Source: a virus
DNA length: 43,044 bases
Reading direction: 5' to 3' (one strand)
Virus record (IMG/VR): IMGVR_UViG_3300029400_000005
Shown here one piece after another: positions 8,885 through 18,138 of this stretch. How positions within the stretch are numbered: the first letter of the stretch is position 1; every line of letters starts with the position of its first letter. The notes under the pieces are model-generated. The model was not told where the DNA came from. It searched no databases and saw only the letters and a program-made list of their open reading frames with translations. Position numbers and translations under genes: made by a program.

Positions 8885-9364
8885 TCAGTTGCCCAGATTG
8901 ACCGGGTCGGAAAATGCTTTCAGACGGTTTACCTTGGTGTAGCTGAAATTGAAGTCATAGTTCAGCATTGCTTCGTCGTCGTTCAGGATGGACAGCGGAA
9001 TCTCACCGGTCAGCATACAGCCATAATAGCCCATGACCTGATCGCCCACGCTGGCCGTGGGGTCGTTGTTGGTGATGGTGATATCAAAGGTTTCCATTAC
9101 ACCAGTGTTGATATACTGCAGCAGCATATCGGTGAACAGGTTGCTGCCGTTGGAACCAAAGTAGACATTGCCGGTGCCGGTCTGCGTGACACCATTGGCC
9201 TTTTTCTGCACCGTGCGGGTGCCGATGGTCTTCATGTCCGAGGTCTGAATGCCAGCCACAGTCTTGATGTTTTTCATGCCGCAGATCTCTGTGATGCGGC
9301 CATCACGAGTGACGGTGATTTTGCCTTCGGCACCGTTCAGGGTGTCCTGTGCAAGCAAATACAT
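8885..9364 (-). CDS. Tail tube protein (XkdM-like)
   Basis: 159 aa, directly after the sheath gene. Confidence 0.8.
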   Translation of the reverse strand: MYLLAQDTLNGAEGKITVTRDGRITEICGMKNIKTVAGIQTSDMKTIGTRTVQKKANGVTQTGTGNVYFGSNGSNLFTDMLLQYINTGVMETFDITITNNDPTASVGDQVMGYYGCMLTGEIPLSILNDDEAMLNYDFNFSYTKVNRLKAFSDPVNLGN

Positions 9365-9376
9365 TAAAATCCCTCC

Positions 9377-10720
9377 TTACGACACATCCAGCGTGATGTA
9401 GATCTTGTTGGTGCTGCCCACGGCTTCGATCGCCAGCGTGATAAGCACCGCGTCCTTGGCATCGCCCTTCTCAACGGTGACATCGGTTTCGCCATCAAAG
9501 TTCTGGATGCCACCGGATGCCTGCAGCTGGGTCAGGTACTTCACGACGGCGCTCTTGTACTCCATGCGGCCCGCATCGGTGTTGTCCACAATGCCCACAT
9601 AGTTCTTGGAGAACTGAGAATACAGGTCGTTGGCGATGGTGTTGCACAGCCGCATGGTACGGTTGTAGCGGTACACCTCGCCGATCTCCGAAGTGTAGGT
9701 GACCAGAGAATTGATATCATACTCCACGCGGACTGTACCATCATCGGCATTCAGGACGAACTTGCCGGAATTGATGGCATCAACGTACTGGCTGTGGGTC
9801 AGCCGGGGAGAGATGTCCACAGCATTGGGATAGACGGCGTTGGTCAGATCCTGTCCGTAGGTGGCGGCAGCCAGTGCGCCGCCTGCCCACCAGCACACCT
9901 GCTGCGGGGTCAGGGTTGTGCCATCGTCCAGCACAACGCCGGTGTCCACGTTGACGATATAGCGGGTGTCAGGATTGGTGCTGCCGGATTCCACCAGCTG
10001 AGAATAGCGGCCCGTCTCGGTATTGACCCGCTTGATGAAGCTTTCCATCGCGGTACGCGCCGTGTTGTCCGCGCCATCGTAGATCAGCACATCGAACTTG
10101 TAGGGCTCAATGGCGGTCAGGAATGCGCTGTAAGCCGAAGCTGCTACCACGCCGTCCTCTCCGCCGGTCAGGGCAGTTCCGACATTGGCAGTCAGAGCGC
10201 CGGTGCCGCTCCAGTCCACCCAGCTGTTTGCAGCCAGTTCTTCCACCGTCTTGGCGGTCTGCTGGTCTTTGATCTCACCATCCACTACAGTTGAGACCTC
10301 AAAGCTGCCTTCCGGCGAGGAAAGCGCCGTCACAACGACGGAGATATCGTTCCCGCGTACGCCCACATACTTTGCGGTAGCGGTCAGCGGCGCGATCTCC
10401 ATGGTGGCTTTTACGGCACCACTGGCCGTGGGACGGTACAGCAGTACCTTGCGGGGCGCTGCCGTGCGGTTGGTGCCCTTGAAGATCTCGGTCAGAAACC
10501 GGTTTTCCGGCGCAGTAATATCATAACCGGTGTACACGGTCATGTCGGCACCGGCATCGATCTCAATCACTTTGGCCGTCGGACCCCAATGCAGAGGTTC
10601 ACAGAGCGCAGCAATGCCGCGGTCGCCGACGGTCAGATCCTGTTTGTTCTTCGACCGGAAGCGAAAGTAAACGCCCGGCCGGACTTTGTTTTGTACGGTA
10701 AAGGTTCCACCTGCTGCCAT
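9377..10720 (-). CDS. Contractile tail sheath protein (XkdK-like)
   Basis: 447 aa, MAAGGTFTVQNKVRPGVYFRFRS..., a typical sheath N-terminus. Confidence 0.85.
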   Translation of the reverse strand: MAAGGTFTVQNKVRPGVYFRFRSKNKQDLTVGDRGIAALCEPLHWGPTAKVIEIDAGADMTVYTGYDITAPENRFLTEIFKGTNRTAAPRKVLLYRPTASGAVKATMEIAPLTATAKYVGVRGNDISVVVTALSSPEGSFEVSTVVDGEIKDQQTAKTVEELAANSWVDWSGTGALTANVGTALTGGEDGVVAASAYSAFLTAIEPYKFDVLIYDGADNTARTAMESFIKRVNTETGRYSQLVESGSTNPDTRYIVNVDTGVVLDDGTTLTPQQVCWWAGGALAAATYGQDLTNAVYPNAVDISPRLTHSQYVDAINSGKFVLNADDGTVRVEYDINSLVTYTSEIGEVYRYNRTMRLCNTIANDLYSQFSKNYVGIVDNTDAGRMEYKSAVVKYLTQLQASGGIQNFDGETDVTVEKGDAKDAVLITLAIEAVGSTNKIYITLDVS

Positions 10721-10726
10721 AGCGGG

Positions 10727-10882
10727 TCACTCCTTCCAAAAATCTTTCACAGCGGCCTGCGCCTCTGCGAGGGTGTAATACGGTTTGTTCAGTACCGCAG
10801 CCAGAAAGTCCGGCTGATATCTCGCAAAACGCGGGTCCTTCAGCAGAACTTCACGGCGATACTGGGTTTCTTTTTCTTTCAT
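10727..10882 (-). CDS. Small hypothetical protein (51 aa, below the ORF-track cutoff)
   Basis: My translation is MKEKETQYRREVLLKDPRFARYQPDFLAAVLNKPYYTLAEAQAAVKDFWKE*. It has an ATGA overlap with the upstream stop and fills the gap before the sheath gene. Confidence 0.5.
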   Translation of the reverse strand: MKEKETQYRREVLLKDPRFARYQPDFLAAVLNKPYYTLAEAQAAVKDFWKE

Positions 10883-11325
10883 TTATCCACCTTCTGATCG
10901 ATGCTCAGGGTCTGCATCTTTACAGCATCTTCGGGCTTTTCCACAAAAATACGCAGCTCGAATTTGTAATGCAAACCGTCGGAATCAATGTCTGTCTTGC
11001 GGTCATAGGCCCGCAGCAGGGCGGTGTCTGTACCATCGGTATAGGGAAACACCTCAATGCAGAGGTCTAAGGTTTCTGCGGCGGCACTGTACTGCTGCTG
11101 CAGGTCGGGCAGGTTGTAATCCAGCAGATAGGTCAGGTCTACGCCGATGGTGCGCAGCCAGCGCCCACCCGGGTGCGGTTTGATGTTGGAATACCGCTGC
11201 TGCAGGAACATGCAGGGCGGTTCCACACCCTGCTGGGCAGGGTCTTCCAGCATCTGTACGCCGGGCAGGACAGGCGCGAGATGTGCCGCCAGCGAACGTG
11301 CAATGGTGGTAACGGTAAAGTTCAT
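10879..11325 (-). CDS. Tail completion / terminator-like protein
   Basis: 148 aa. The call rests on position only (between the gp10-like gene and the sheath gene). Confidence 0.45.
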   Translation of the reverse strand: MNFTVTTIARSLAAHLAPVLPGVQMLEDPAQQGVEPPCMFLQQRYSNIKPHPGGRWLRTIGVDLTYLLDYNLPDLQQQYSAAAETLDLCIEVFPYTDGTDTALLRAYDRKTDIDSDGLHYKFELRIFVEKPEDAVKMQTLSIDQKVDK

Positions 11326-11825
11326 CTCAGAATCCTTTCCAGCTCTCTGCCGGTTCTTTCCAGTTCCGCCTGCAGCGTTTCTTCGTAAGCCTGCTGGGCA
11401 GCATCGGTCATGTGCAAGCCTTCCACGTACTGCGTTTGGGTGCCCACCATGATGCCCACCTCATCTTTCCGGCTGGGGTCATATTCCAGCAGGCCGGAAG
11501 CAGGGTTCACATACAGGCCGGGCACAAAATGTTTGTCCATCCGGTGGCCGTCATTCACAAAAGAAGCATATTCTTTGTTATTATTCAGCTCGGTGACATA
11601 CTGCCCAGCCTGCTGCTCCGGGATGATCTTGCTGTCCGTGGCCCAATGCTGCTTCAGTTCACCGGTGCGGGTGTTGATGCCGCTCAGGCTGTCTGCTGTG
11701 GGCGGGGTCTTTTCCTGTGCGGCTTCCACTGCGCGGATGGTGGCGTTCTTCGCGGCAACAGAAATCATATCCGGCAGAACTTTTTGAGCTGCTTCCAGTT
11801 TTTGAATGTATTCATCCAGCGTCAT
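11322..11825 (-). CDS. HK97 gp10-family neck/tail-component protein
   Basis: 167 aa, ...NNKEYASFVNDGHRMDKHFVPG..., with overlapping start and stop codons. Confidence 0.6.
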   Translation of the reverse strand: MTLDEYIQKLEAAQKVLPDMISVAAKNATIRAVEAAQEKTPPTADSLSGINTRTGELKQHWATDSKIIPEQQAGQYVTELNNNKEYASFVNDGHRMDKHFVPGLYVNPASGLLEYDPSRKDEVGIMVGTQTQYVEGLHMTDAAQQAYEETLQAELERTGRELERILR

Positions 11826-12205
11826 TTCACACGCTCCTGCTTCAACAGTGTGATCTCCTGATGGGCCAGCCCCGGCATGACCGCACCGAAGGGTTCATAA
11901 TAGCGCTCCGGTGTGTCTGCAAAATAGCGCTCGTCCGGCGCAGTATAACCCAGCTTTGCACCTCTGTGGATCACCAGCTCATCTCCGGGCTTGATATCCA
12001 CTTCGATGCCGCAGGCCAGCTTATCGGTCTGGGTGATGCTGGCAGCAGTCTGGTTCATCTGCAGCCCGCTGGTCTTTGTCTGATAGACCCGGCAGGCAAC
12101 ACCGGAAAGCACCTTCCTGCGTTCCATGTGGGTCAGGCTGTTCTCGGTCACTTTCTCATTGCGGAACACATCTGCCGTGTCGGTGTACCAGTCCGTCCAG
12201 TCCAT
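11822..12205 (-). CDS. Head closure / head-tail joining protein
   Basis: 127 aa; called from position and size. Confidence 0.5.
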   Translation of the reverse strand: MDWTDWYTDTADVFRNEKVTENSLTHMERRKVLSGVACRVYQTKTSGLQMNQTAASITQTDKLACGIEVDIKPGDELVIHRGAKLGYTAPDERYFADTPERYYEPFGAVMPGLAHQEITLLKQERVK

Positions 12206-12216
12206 CCTTCATCACC

Positions 12217-12699
12217 TCAGATCACATAACTGCCCGCAAGCCCGATGAACCGGGCGCGGTTGGCCAGCATCTGGCCGTAAGTGGTAGCATTCAGGTCGCC
12301 CCAGTCCTCAGTGCCTGCGGTCAGGGCGGAGGTGTCGTAGGTCACAGAACTGTCGCCCAGTGTGGCGGATTTCACCACGCCCACCAGTGCACCGGAAGCT
12401 GCAGCCTGCGCAGGCGTTGCGCTGCTTTCAGCAAAGGTGCGCAGCTGCAGGGTCACGTAATGTGCCACATACAGCCCCACGGCGTAGTGCCAGCTGTACA
12501 GCCATTTGTCCGGCTGTACGCTGACATTGGCCATGCGCACGATCTCATTCAGCAGAGCATCCGGCAGGTGACACTTGCCGTCGGCATTGCAGAACTGCGG
12601 ATATTCTTCCTTGAACTGCTCAGCGGTGTAATTTCCGACGCTGCCGCCGAGGTTCGCCGCCTGCTGGCGGACTCCACCAAACTGTGCACCGTAGATCAT
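12217..12699 (-). CDS. DUF4054 head-tail connector protein
   Basis: YTAEQFKEEYPQFCN...LYVAHYVTLQL pattern. Confidence 0.65.
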   Translation of the reverse strand: MIYGAQFGGVRQQAANLGGSVGNYTAEQFKEEYPQFCNADGKCHLPDALLNEIVRMANVSVQPDKWLYSWHYAVGLYVAHYVTLQLRTFAESSATPAQAAASGALVGVVKSATLGDSSVTYDTSALTAGTEDWGDLNATTYGQMLANRARFIGLAGSYVI

Positions 12700-12709
12700 G
12701 CCGTTCTCC

Positions 12710-12970
12710 TTACTCTGCCGCAGCAGGCTCTGCGGGCTTCTCCTCAGCCTTGGCCCTGCGGGTCTTTACCGGCTTTTCAGCTGCAGCCTGAATGTCCTTA
12801 TCGCGGTGTTCGGTGGCAACGATCTTACCATCGGCCGCCAGTGCCTTAAAATAGGCCGTCTCCGCGGCCCAGTCGGGGACGGTGGCAAAACCATCCTTTT
12901 TCAGCACGACCGGTGCAACACCGGGTGCAGGGCTGGGAATGATGATGTTGCGCTTTGCGAGGATGAACAT
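12710..12970 (-). CDS. Hypothetical head-module protein
   Basis: 86 aa with a Lys/Ala/Glu-rich tail, downstream of the capsid gene. Confidence 0.5.
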   Translation of the reverse strand: MFILAKRNIIIPSPAPGVAPVVLKKDGFATVPDWAAETAYFKALAADGKIVATEHRDKDIQAAAEKPVKTRRAKAEEKPAEPAAAE

Positions 12971-12985
12971 GATGCTTCTCCTTTC

Positions 12986-14032
12986 TCAGATGCCGTCCAC
13001 GTACAGAATGGAGGTGGGGTAGAACAGCTGCACCTCGGAAATGTTTGCCATGTATGCAGTATCATAGCAGACATTGGTCACGTTAGGAGCAGTCATGATG
13101 CGGCTCATAGGCACCAGTTCGTCCATCTTGATGTAACGGGGCTTGTTCACGTAACCCACCATGCGGTCGGTCTTGCCGGTACCTGCGCCCTTACACCAGC
13201 GGCAGCCGCCGATGAACAACTCACCACCATTCTTGACAGCGGCGTTGTTCTTCATCAGGAAGTCGTAGATGGTCTCGGATGCCAGATCGGACACCATGGT
13301 GGTCAGGATGTAGTTGTACTGCTCATAAGGCAGCAGGATGTGGTTGGGGATGGCATCGGTGTCATACTCGCAGGAAGCCCACACAGCGCTCAGCAGGTCG
13401 TTCACGTCCTTCAGGATCTGCTGCGGGGTCTTATCCTTCCACTTGGTAGAGGAGGAGTCCGCACCATTGCTGGCAGCAGTGGTCTCGGTGACATTGGGGT
13501 TGTTCATCAGGCCGGTGGTGCCGTAGTCCTCGAAGCCGGTGTAGACGTTGGCATCCATGTGCTTGTCGTAGGTCAGGCGGATGCCGTCCTGCAGCAGCTG
13601 ATCAAGGCTGCGGCCGATGAGGTTGGAGCGCTGCATGTCCACGAAGTTCACGCGCAGAGCCGCGCTGAACAGGTGCGCCTTGTATGCGCCCTTGGCAACG
13701 TTGGCCTGAATGATGGGCGTGCCGTTGGCACCGCCTGCACCCACAGCACCGGAGCCGGAGCCGCCGGTGATGCCGTAGGCCACGTTCATGGCGGTGACGT
13801 AGTCCACCCAGCCGCCGCCGGTCTGGATGGGGATATCGCGGGCATAGGTGACGCTGGTGAGGGGCTTGCGGATCAGCGGGTCACGCTTTTCCAGCTCACT
13901 GGTCAGGAATGCGCCACCAGACGCAATGCCTGCTGCGTCCATGGTAAAAGAAGAGCCGGACGGCGCAACACCGCCCAGCTTCGGGGTAAACACACCGGCA
14001 TCGAAATTGCCGACATTCTGGAAATCTGCCAT
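12986..14032 (-). CDS. Major capsid protein (DUF2184 family)
   Basis: 348 aa, MADFQNVGNFDAGVFTPKLGG...LTSELEKRDPLIRKPLTSVTYARDIPI. Confidence 0.8.
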   Translation of the reverse strand: MADFQNVGNFDAGVFTPKLGGVAPSGSSFTMDAAGIASGGAFLTSELEKRDPLIRKPLTSVTYARDIPIQTGGGWVDYVTAMNVAYGITGGSGSGAVGAGGANGTPIIQANVAKGAYKAHLFSAALRVNFVDMQRSNLIGRSLDQLLQDGIRLTYDKHMDANVYTGFEDYGTTGLMNNPNVTETTAASNGADSSSTKWKDKTPQQILKDVNDLLSAVWASCEYDTDAIPNHILLPYEQYNYILTTMVSDLASETIYDFLMKNNAAVKNGGELFIGGCRWCKGAGTGKTDRMVGYVNKPRYIKMDELVPMSRIMTAPNVTNVCYDTAYMANISEVQLFYPTSILYVDGI

Positions 14033-14047
14033 ATTCTGTTCCTCCTG

Positions 14048-14581
14048 TTACACGTTCTGACGGGTGAGAATGACCAGCTCGGCCACGCCGTTTGCGTCTG
14101 CAGAGCCGCCCCACTGGCAACCGGTCAGCTTTACGGTGTTGGCGCTGGTGCTGTCTGCCTCGGCCTCAAAGCCGCCCACGACAGCATTGGGGAGCGAAGT
14201 GTTCTTGATGATGCGCACGTACACTGCGCCGCCGCGCTTCGGGGTGCCCTTCTGGCACAGCACGTTGATGCTGCCGCGCTGGAACACGCTGCCAGCATCG
14301 CCGGTGGTGTATGCGCCGGTGTTCTGGTCAGTGTAAGACAGGGCAGAGCGCATCTCGCGGCCTGCAACGCCCGCAAACCTGTCTGCGGTAACGCCGGAGC
14401 CCTGCATCAGGACAACGGCACCATTTGCATCATACATCAGAGCCATGCCGAAGGGCAGGGGCTCTTTTTCGCCCACAGGGCGAGTTACAACGATCATGTC
14501 GGGCTGGCGTGCGTAGGAACCGGCAAAGCCGTGCTCCATCTCCGCGCCGATGATCTGCGGATTGAGCTGAGAAAGTGCCAT
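14048..14581 (-). CDS. Head cement/decoration-like protein
   Basis: I prefer the internal ATG at 14581 (MALSQLNPQIIGAEMEHGFAGSY), which has GGAGG 8 nt upstream and lies just after the stop of the upstream gene. The track start at 14746 would overlap that gene by 160 nt. Confidence 0.6.
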   Translation of the reverse strand: MALSQLNPQIIGAEMEHGFAGSYARQPDMIVVTRPVGEKEPLPFGMALMYDANGAVVLMQGSGVTADRFAGVAGREMRSALSYTDQNTGAYTTGDAGSVFQRGSINVLCQKGTPKRGGAVYVRIIKNTSLPNAVVGGFEAEADSTSANTVKLTGCQWGGSADANGVAELVILTRQNV

Positions 14582-14585
14582 ACGA

Positions 14586-15575
14586 TCAAGCCTCCTTATG
14601 CTTGTGCGGGTTGAATGCGTCATACGCGGCCTGCGATTCTTCACAGACTGCTTCGTAGCTGGTGCGGCCGGAACGGTGGGCAGCCTGTGCTGCGCTGTCC
14701 TGTGCGGCCTTGGTGATGCCTGCCAGCAGGCCGTCCACGCCGTCATCCTTGCCGGGGTCAGCGTCGGCGGGCGGCTGTACAGGCTCCTGTGCCTTCTGCG
14801 ACAGCGCCTTTACCAGCGTGGTCACGGCGTTCAGGATAGCATCCAGCTGGGCATCAATACTGTTGCCTGCGGGCTTTTCTGCCGGTGCAGGCGGGACACT
14901 GTCCTCTGCGGGGGCAGTTTCGGCCACAGGGGGCTGTGCGTCTTTTGCGGGTTCAGCTTCCGGCGCAGATGCGGGTGCGGCTTCCGGCGCGGCAGTCACA
15001 ACAGCGGCGGGGTTCTTTTCGGATTCGTTCATTGCAGTTCCTTTCTCCGCCGGTGCGGCGGCACTGTCCTGAATGGCAACCAGATGCCCTGCGCGCCCTC
15101 TGGGCACGATCGCAACATGGTTTCCTCGGATATTAGTCTGGCGGTATCCCGTGCCATCCGGCGTGTAGCAGCACCGGTAGCCGCAGGACACCTCCCGCGT
15201 CACGCCGTTTTCCACATCAGAGATCAGGCCGGGATCCTTCAGGTGAAGGTCAGCGACAAGATAATCGCCCTCCCGGTGAACATTCTCTGCGTGGCCCTTG
15301 GCGTAAAGGGCGTGATTTTCCGGCATCAGGCGTTCAGGAGGATGATTCTGGGTTACATCCTTACCCTCGAAACTGGCAACTGCTGCCGGGTCGAACACAT
15401 CTTCAGGGCGGCGCTGCACCTGCACAAGGCGGTCAGGATCGCCGTCAAGGCCCAGTTCCCCGGCAAAGTATTCCTGCTGGCCGATGCGCGCAATGGGCAC
15501 GTCATGGCAGATGAGGAAGCCCTCCGGGGTCTTGGTCATGTGTTCGCTGATTTTACTGCCGTAATAGGCAATCAA
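14586..15575 (-). CDS. DUF2213 prohead protease/scaffold-like protein
   Basis: TTG start, MIAYYGSKISEHMTKTPEGFLICHDVPIARIGQQEY, with an Ala/Pro/Glu-rich low-complexity C-terminal half. Confidence 0.7.
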   Translation of the reverse strand: MIAYYGSKISEHMTKTPEGFLICHDVPIARIGQQEYFAGELGLDGDPDRLVQVQRRPEDVFDPAAVASFEGKDVTQNHPPERLMPENHALYAKGHAENVHREGDYLVADLHLKDPGLISDVENGVTREVSCGYRCCYTPDGTGYRQTNIRGNHVAIVPRGRAGHLVAIQDSAAAPAEKGTAMNESEKNPAAVVTAAPEAAPASAPEAEPAKDAQPPVAETAPAEDSVPPAPAEKPAGNSIDAQLDAILNAVTTLVKALSQKAQEPVQPPADADPGKDDGVDGLLAGITKAAQDSAAQAAHRSGRTSYEAVCEESQAAYDAFNPHKHKEA

Positions 15576-15601
15576 GGGGCATCACCTCCGAAAAATGGGT
15601 A

Positions 15602-15633
15602 TAAAAAAACACGGTGCTGTCTGCATCGTGTTT
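15602..15633 (-). terminator. Intrinsic terminator after the HNH gene
   Basis: 11-bp hairpin (aaacacggtgc/gcatcgtgttt) followed on the minus strand by U7. Confidence 0.55.
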
Positions 15634-15650
15634 TAGGGAAACATAAGAAA

Positions 15651-16343
15651 TTATTTGCGACGGTATTCTCCGAAATAAGTTGTTTCAGCTTGTTTTCTTG
15701 CATTGACCGCTTCTTCAAGAGTATCAAACATTCCGAGACTTACGTGTTTTTGGTTTACATAAATATGTGCTCTCCAGCGGTTCCCGTAGCGACAAACTCC
15801 TGCAACACCGCTCTCTGTACGGGTAAGCTCATGATTCCAAGAGTTTTGTTGCGCTGTTACGAATCGGAGATTGCTTGCTTTATTATTAAGACGGTTTCCA
15901 TCGATATGGTCACGGCATTTTTCTTTCGGGCAGTTTGGAAATAAAAGCACATGACATAATATTAATTTTCCATCTTTCCAAGTGGCAGCATATCCGCAAT
16001 GATAACGCCAGCAATGGTGTTGAGCAATCTTCTCCCAATTGGATAAATCCACTTCCATCCATTTGTCAGAATTTGAAAGCTTGACCCGAACAACATCTCC
16101 ATCGATAGTAAAAATATTCTGCTTTCGACTTCGAATTCCAATATTGCTTCTGTTGCAACCGCAACTTTTGGTTTTTCCATTGCGAAGGTAACAACCACGA
16201 ACAGAAACGATATTACCACAATCGCATACACAAGAATACATAATTACCGTATCGCCATTAGGATTTATGTGGTCAGGATTTCGGGCTAAGACGGTGAGTT
16301 TTCCAAATCGCTGACCAGTTAAATCAGTATGTTTTCTTCCCAT
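15651..16343 (-). CDS. HNH homing endonuclease with C-terminal AP2 DNA-binding domain
   Basis: LTGQRFGKLTVL...SCGC; CRDHIDGNRLNNKASNLRFVTAQQN; GVCRYGNRWRAHIYVNQKHVSLGMFDTLEEAVNARK. The sequence is clearly AT-richer than its neighbours. Confidence 0.8.
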   Translation of the reverse strand: MGRKHTDLTGQRFGKLTVLARNPDHINPNGDTVIMYSCVCDCGNIVSVRGCYLRNGKTKSCGCNRSNIGIRSRKQNIFTIDGDVVRVKLSNSDKWMEVDLSNWEKIAQHHCWRYHCGYAATWKDGKLILCHVLLFPNCPKEKCRDHIDGNRLNNKASNLRFVTAQQNSWNHELTRTESGVAGVCRYGNRWRAHIYVNQKHVSLGMFDTLEEAVNARKQAETTYFGEYRRK

Positions 16344-16564
16344 CAGCGAGCACCGCCTTTCCGACGGGCACGTTCCTCGCGCACTCCACTGATGCGTCCA
16401 GCCATGAAAATATCAGCAAGGAAAGTGTAAAATTGAGCGGCATCGCTTTTCAAAGGTCGGGCACAATACATATCAGCTATATCCTTAGCCCATGCCAGCT
16501 CTTGTGTAGTGTGGGCCGCACGATACTTCACAGCCTCGCTCGGAGTGCAGAAAATTGCATTCAT
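16343..16564 (-). CDS. Hypothetical protein (73 aa)
   Basis: AAGAGG RBS, and an ATGA overlap with the HNH gene start. Confidence 0.5.
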   Translation of the reverse strand: MNAIFCTPSEAVKYRAAHTTQELAWAKDIADMYCARPLKSDAAQFYTFLADIFMAGRISGVREERARRKGGAR

Positions 16565-16584
16565 AATTTTTGCCTCTTATTCTC

Positions 16585-16613
16585 TTGTAAGAGGTTACCC
16601 GATTTGATATAAT
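16585..16613 (+). promoter_or_regulatory. Orphan plus-strand promoter (TTGTAA-17-TGaTATAAT, extended -10)
   Basis: The -35 is at 16585..16590, TG at 16605..16606 and TATAAT at 16608..16613. It points antisense to the RHH gene. Confidence 0.45.
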
Positions 16614-16684
16614 AGATTTATCAAAGGGAAACCTCTGATGTCTTATAACGCTTTGCCCAAGATTTCCAGTCGCCGGGCAGGGCG

Positions 16685-16861
16685 TTATTCTTTTTTCAGA
16701 CCTTCATAGACTAGCTTTATACCTTGGCGAATCACGTCCGCTTTGGTCATTCCTGTTTCTTCACAGCAGACTTCAAGCATCTGTACATCGGTGTCAGACA
16801 TACGGATTCGTGTTTCGTGTGTTTTTGGCTCAGTTGTCGGTCTTCCGATTCTAGGCGACAT
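16685..16861 (-). CDS. Ribbon-helix-helix (CopG/Arc-like) protein
   Basis: The internal ATG at 16861 (MSPRIGRPTTEPKTHETRIRMSDTDVQMLEVCCEETGMTKADVIRQGIKL) has GAGGTG 5 nt upstream. Confidence 0.6.
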   Translation of the reverse strand: MSPRIGRPTTEPKTHETRIRMSDTDVQMLEVCCEETGMTKADVIRQGIKLVYEGLKKE

Positions 16862-16917
16862 CTTATCACCTCGCTTTTGTGTCACCATAATCATGATAAC
16901 ATGCGGTGACACAAAAG

Positions 16918-18096
16918 TCAATGACTATTTGATATTCTTAAATATTCTGCTTTCCATTTGTTGTATTGAGAATCATTTAGTTTTTTGTGCTTCATAAAGG
17001 TATCGAATCGCTTTGGAACACTATCACCTAGTGCAATTCGATATTTTTGCCAGATATGATACTGAGCAAGCCACTTGGCACGGCCCTGTTCTTTGTCGCG
17101 GTAGGCTTTGATCTGTGCTTCGGTGCGCGGGTCGCGGCTGTAGGGGTTCGTCTTGGGGCTGGAAAAGCGCCTGATACGCTCAAGCTCTTCCGGCGTTCGT
17201 CCTGCCGGTGTCCACGGGCGGAGACTGTGCAGGCAGTTGGGGTGGATGTTCAGCCAGCTGTTGGAAAGATCATCCGGCCCAGCGGGGTCCATCTTGCCGA
17301 AGGCGTCTGAAAGCGGCGGGAAGTCCGGGTCTTTTCCGCTGCGGCTGTACACCCGGCCCTCGTAGGGAGTGCACAGGGCACAGGTGGTGCCGTGGGCGCT
17401 GATCTGGTATAGATCCTGTTCCGGGTCAGCGGTTATCACAGACAGGATCTCTGCCTGCCGCGAGGTGGAGCGGGAGACCATTGTTGCATAGGTGTGCAGG
17501 CTCCAGTTCCGGCCTGCTTTGTCAGTGAAGGCTGTCACGCCTTCCCGGCGCAGAGCGTCCACAAAGGCGGGCACGCTCTGGTTGATGCCACGCCCTGCAG
17601 CCTGCTGTGCGGCTACCTGTTCCAGCCCAACGCGCCGGTAAATGTCCGGTTCCGTGCGGCCCAGCAGGGCACTCTGCAGGCCTGCCAGCACAGTGCTGTG
17701 GGCATCGGTCAGCTGGCCCATGAGGTTCATGGTCAGCCGCTGCACAATGTCCGTCTGGGTGCTGGTGAGGGTCTTAGCATTGAGATACCCGGCCCGATGC
17801 TTTTCCACCGTCTCGCCGGGCACAGCTCTGGCATCCGGGCGGCGCACATAGAACTGCGCTTCCACAAGGCGCGGTACATACTCCCAGTCCTGCGTTTCAA
17901 GCTGGCGGAGAATGGCCTGCACCCGTTCCAGAGCAGCCACAGCGTGATAATCCACAAGGCCTTGACTGCGCAGACGGCCGATCTCGTTGATGATATCTGT
18001 TTCGGCACGCAGGTACAGCCGGATGAGCCGTTCCAGTTCCCGGTCAGGGGATGCACGGGCAAGGGTGGGCATAGGCTTCCTCCTGAAAATGGGCAA
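16918..18096 (-). CDS. Head morphogenesis / minor capsid protein (Mu F / SPP1 gp7-like)
   Basis: 392 aa, ...CALCTPYEGRVYS...NIHPNCLHSLRPW. Confidence 0.75.
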   Translation of the reverse strand: MPIFRRKPMPTLARASPDRELERLIRLYLRAETDIINEIGRLRSQGLVDYHAVAALERVQAILRQLETQDWEYVPRLVEAQFYVRRPDARAVPGETVEKHRAGYLNAKTLTSTQTDIVQRLTMNLMGQLTDAHSTVLAGLQSALLGRTEPDIYRRVGLEQVAAQQAAGRGINQSVPAFVDALRREGVTAFTDKAGRNWSLHTYATMVSRSTSRQAEILSVITADPEQDLYQISAHGTTCALCTPYEGRVYSRSGKDPDFPPLSDAFGKMDPAGPDDLSNSWLNIHPNCLHSLRPWTPAGRTPEELERIRRFSSPKTNPYSRDPRTEAQIKAYRDKEQGRAKWLAQYHIWQKYRIALGDSVPKRFDTFMKHKKLNDSQYNKWKAEYLRISNSH

Positions 18097-18138
18097 AAGA
18101 AAAGCGCCGGACTTTCGTCTGACGCTTGTACTGTTAAA

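Noticed and set aside
12698-14614. 638-aa plus-strand ORF. Similar very long ORFs occur opposite known genes at 8264..9367, 14598..15944, 18564..19751 and 20389..21795.
   Set aside because: These are shadow ORFs typical of GC-rich DNA. They lie exactly antisense to recognisable capsid, portal, terminase and tail genes. Their composition is skewed (Gly/Ala/His/Val/Leu/Arg-rich) with no recognisable motif, and they lack convincing RBS-start pairs.
16724-16909. 61-aa plus-strand ORF opposite the RHH gene as the product of the orphan promoter.
   Set aside because: It starts about 100 nt downstream of the predicted start site, beyond the weak terminator. It has no RBS and is Cys/His/Phe-rich shadow sequence.
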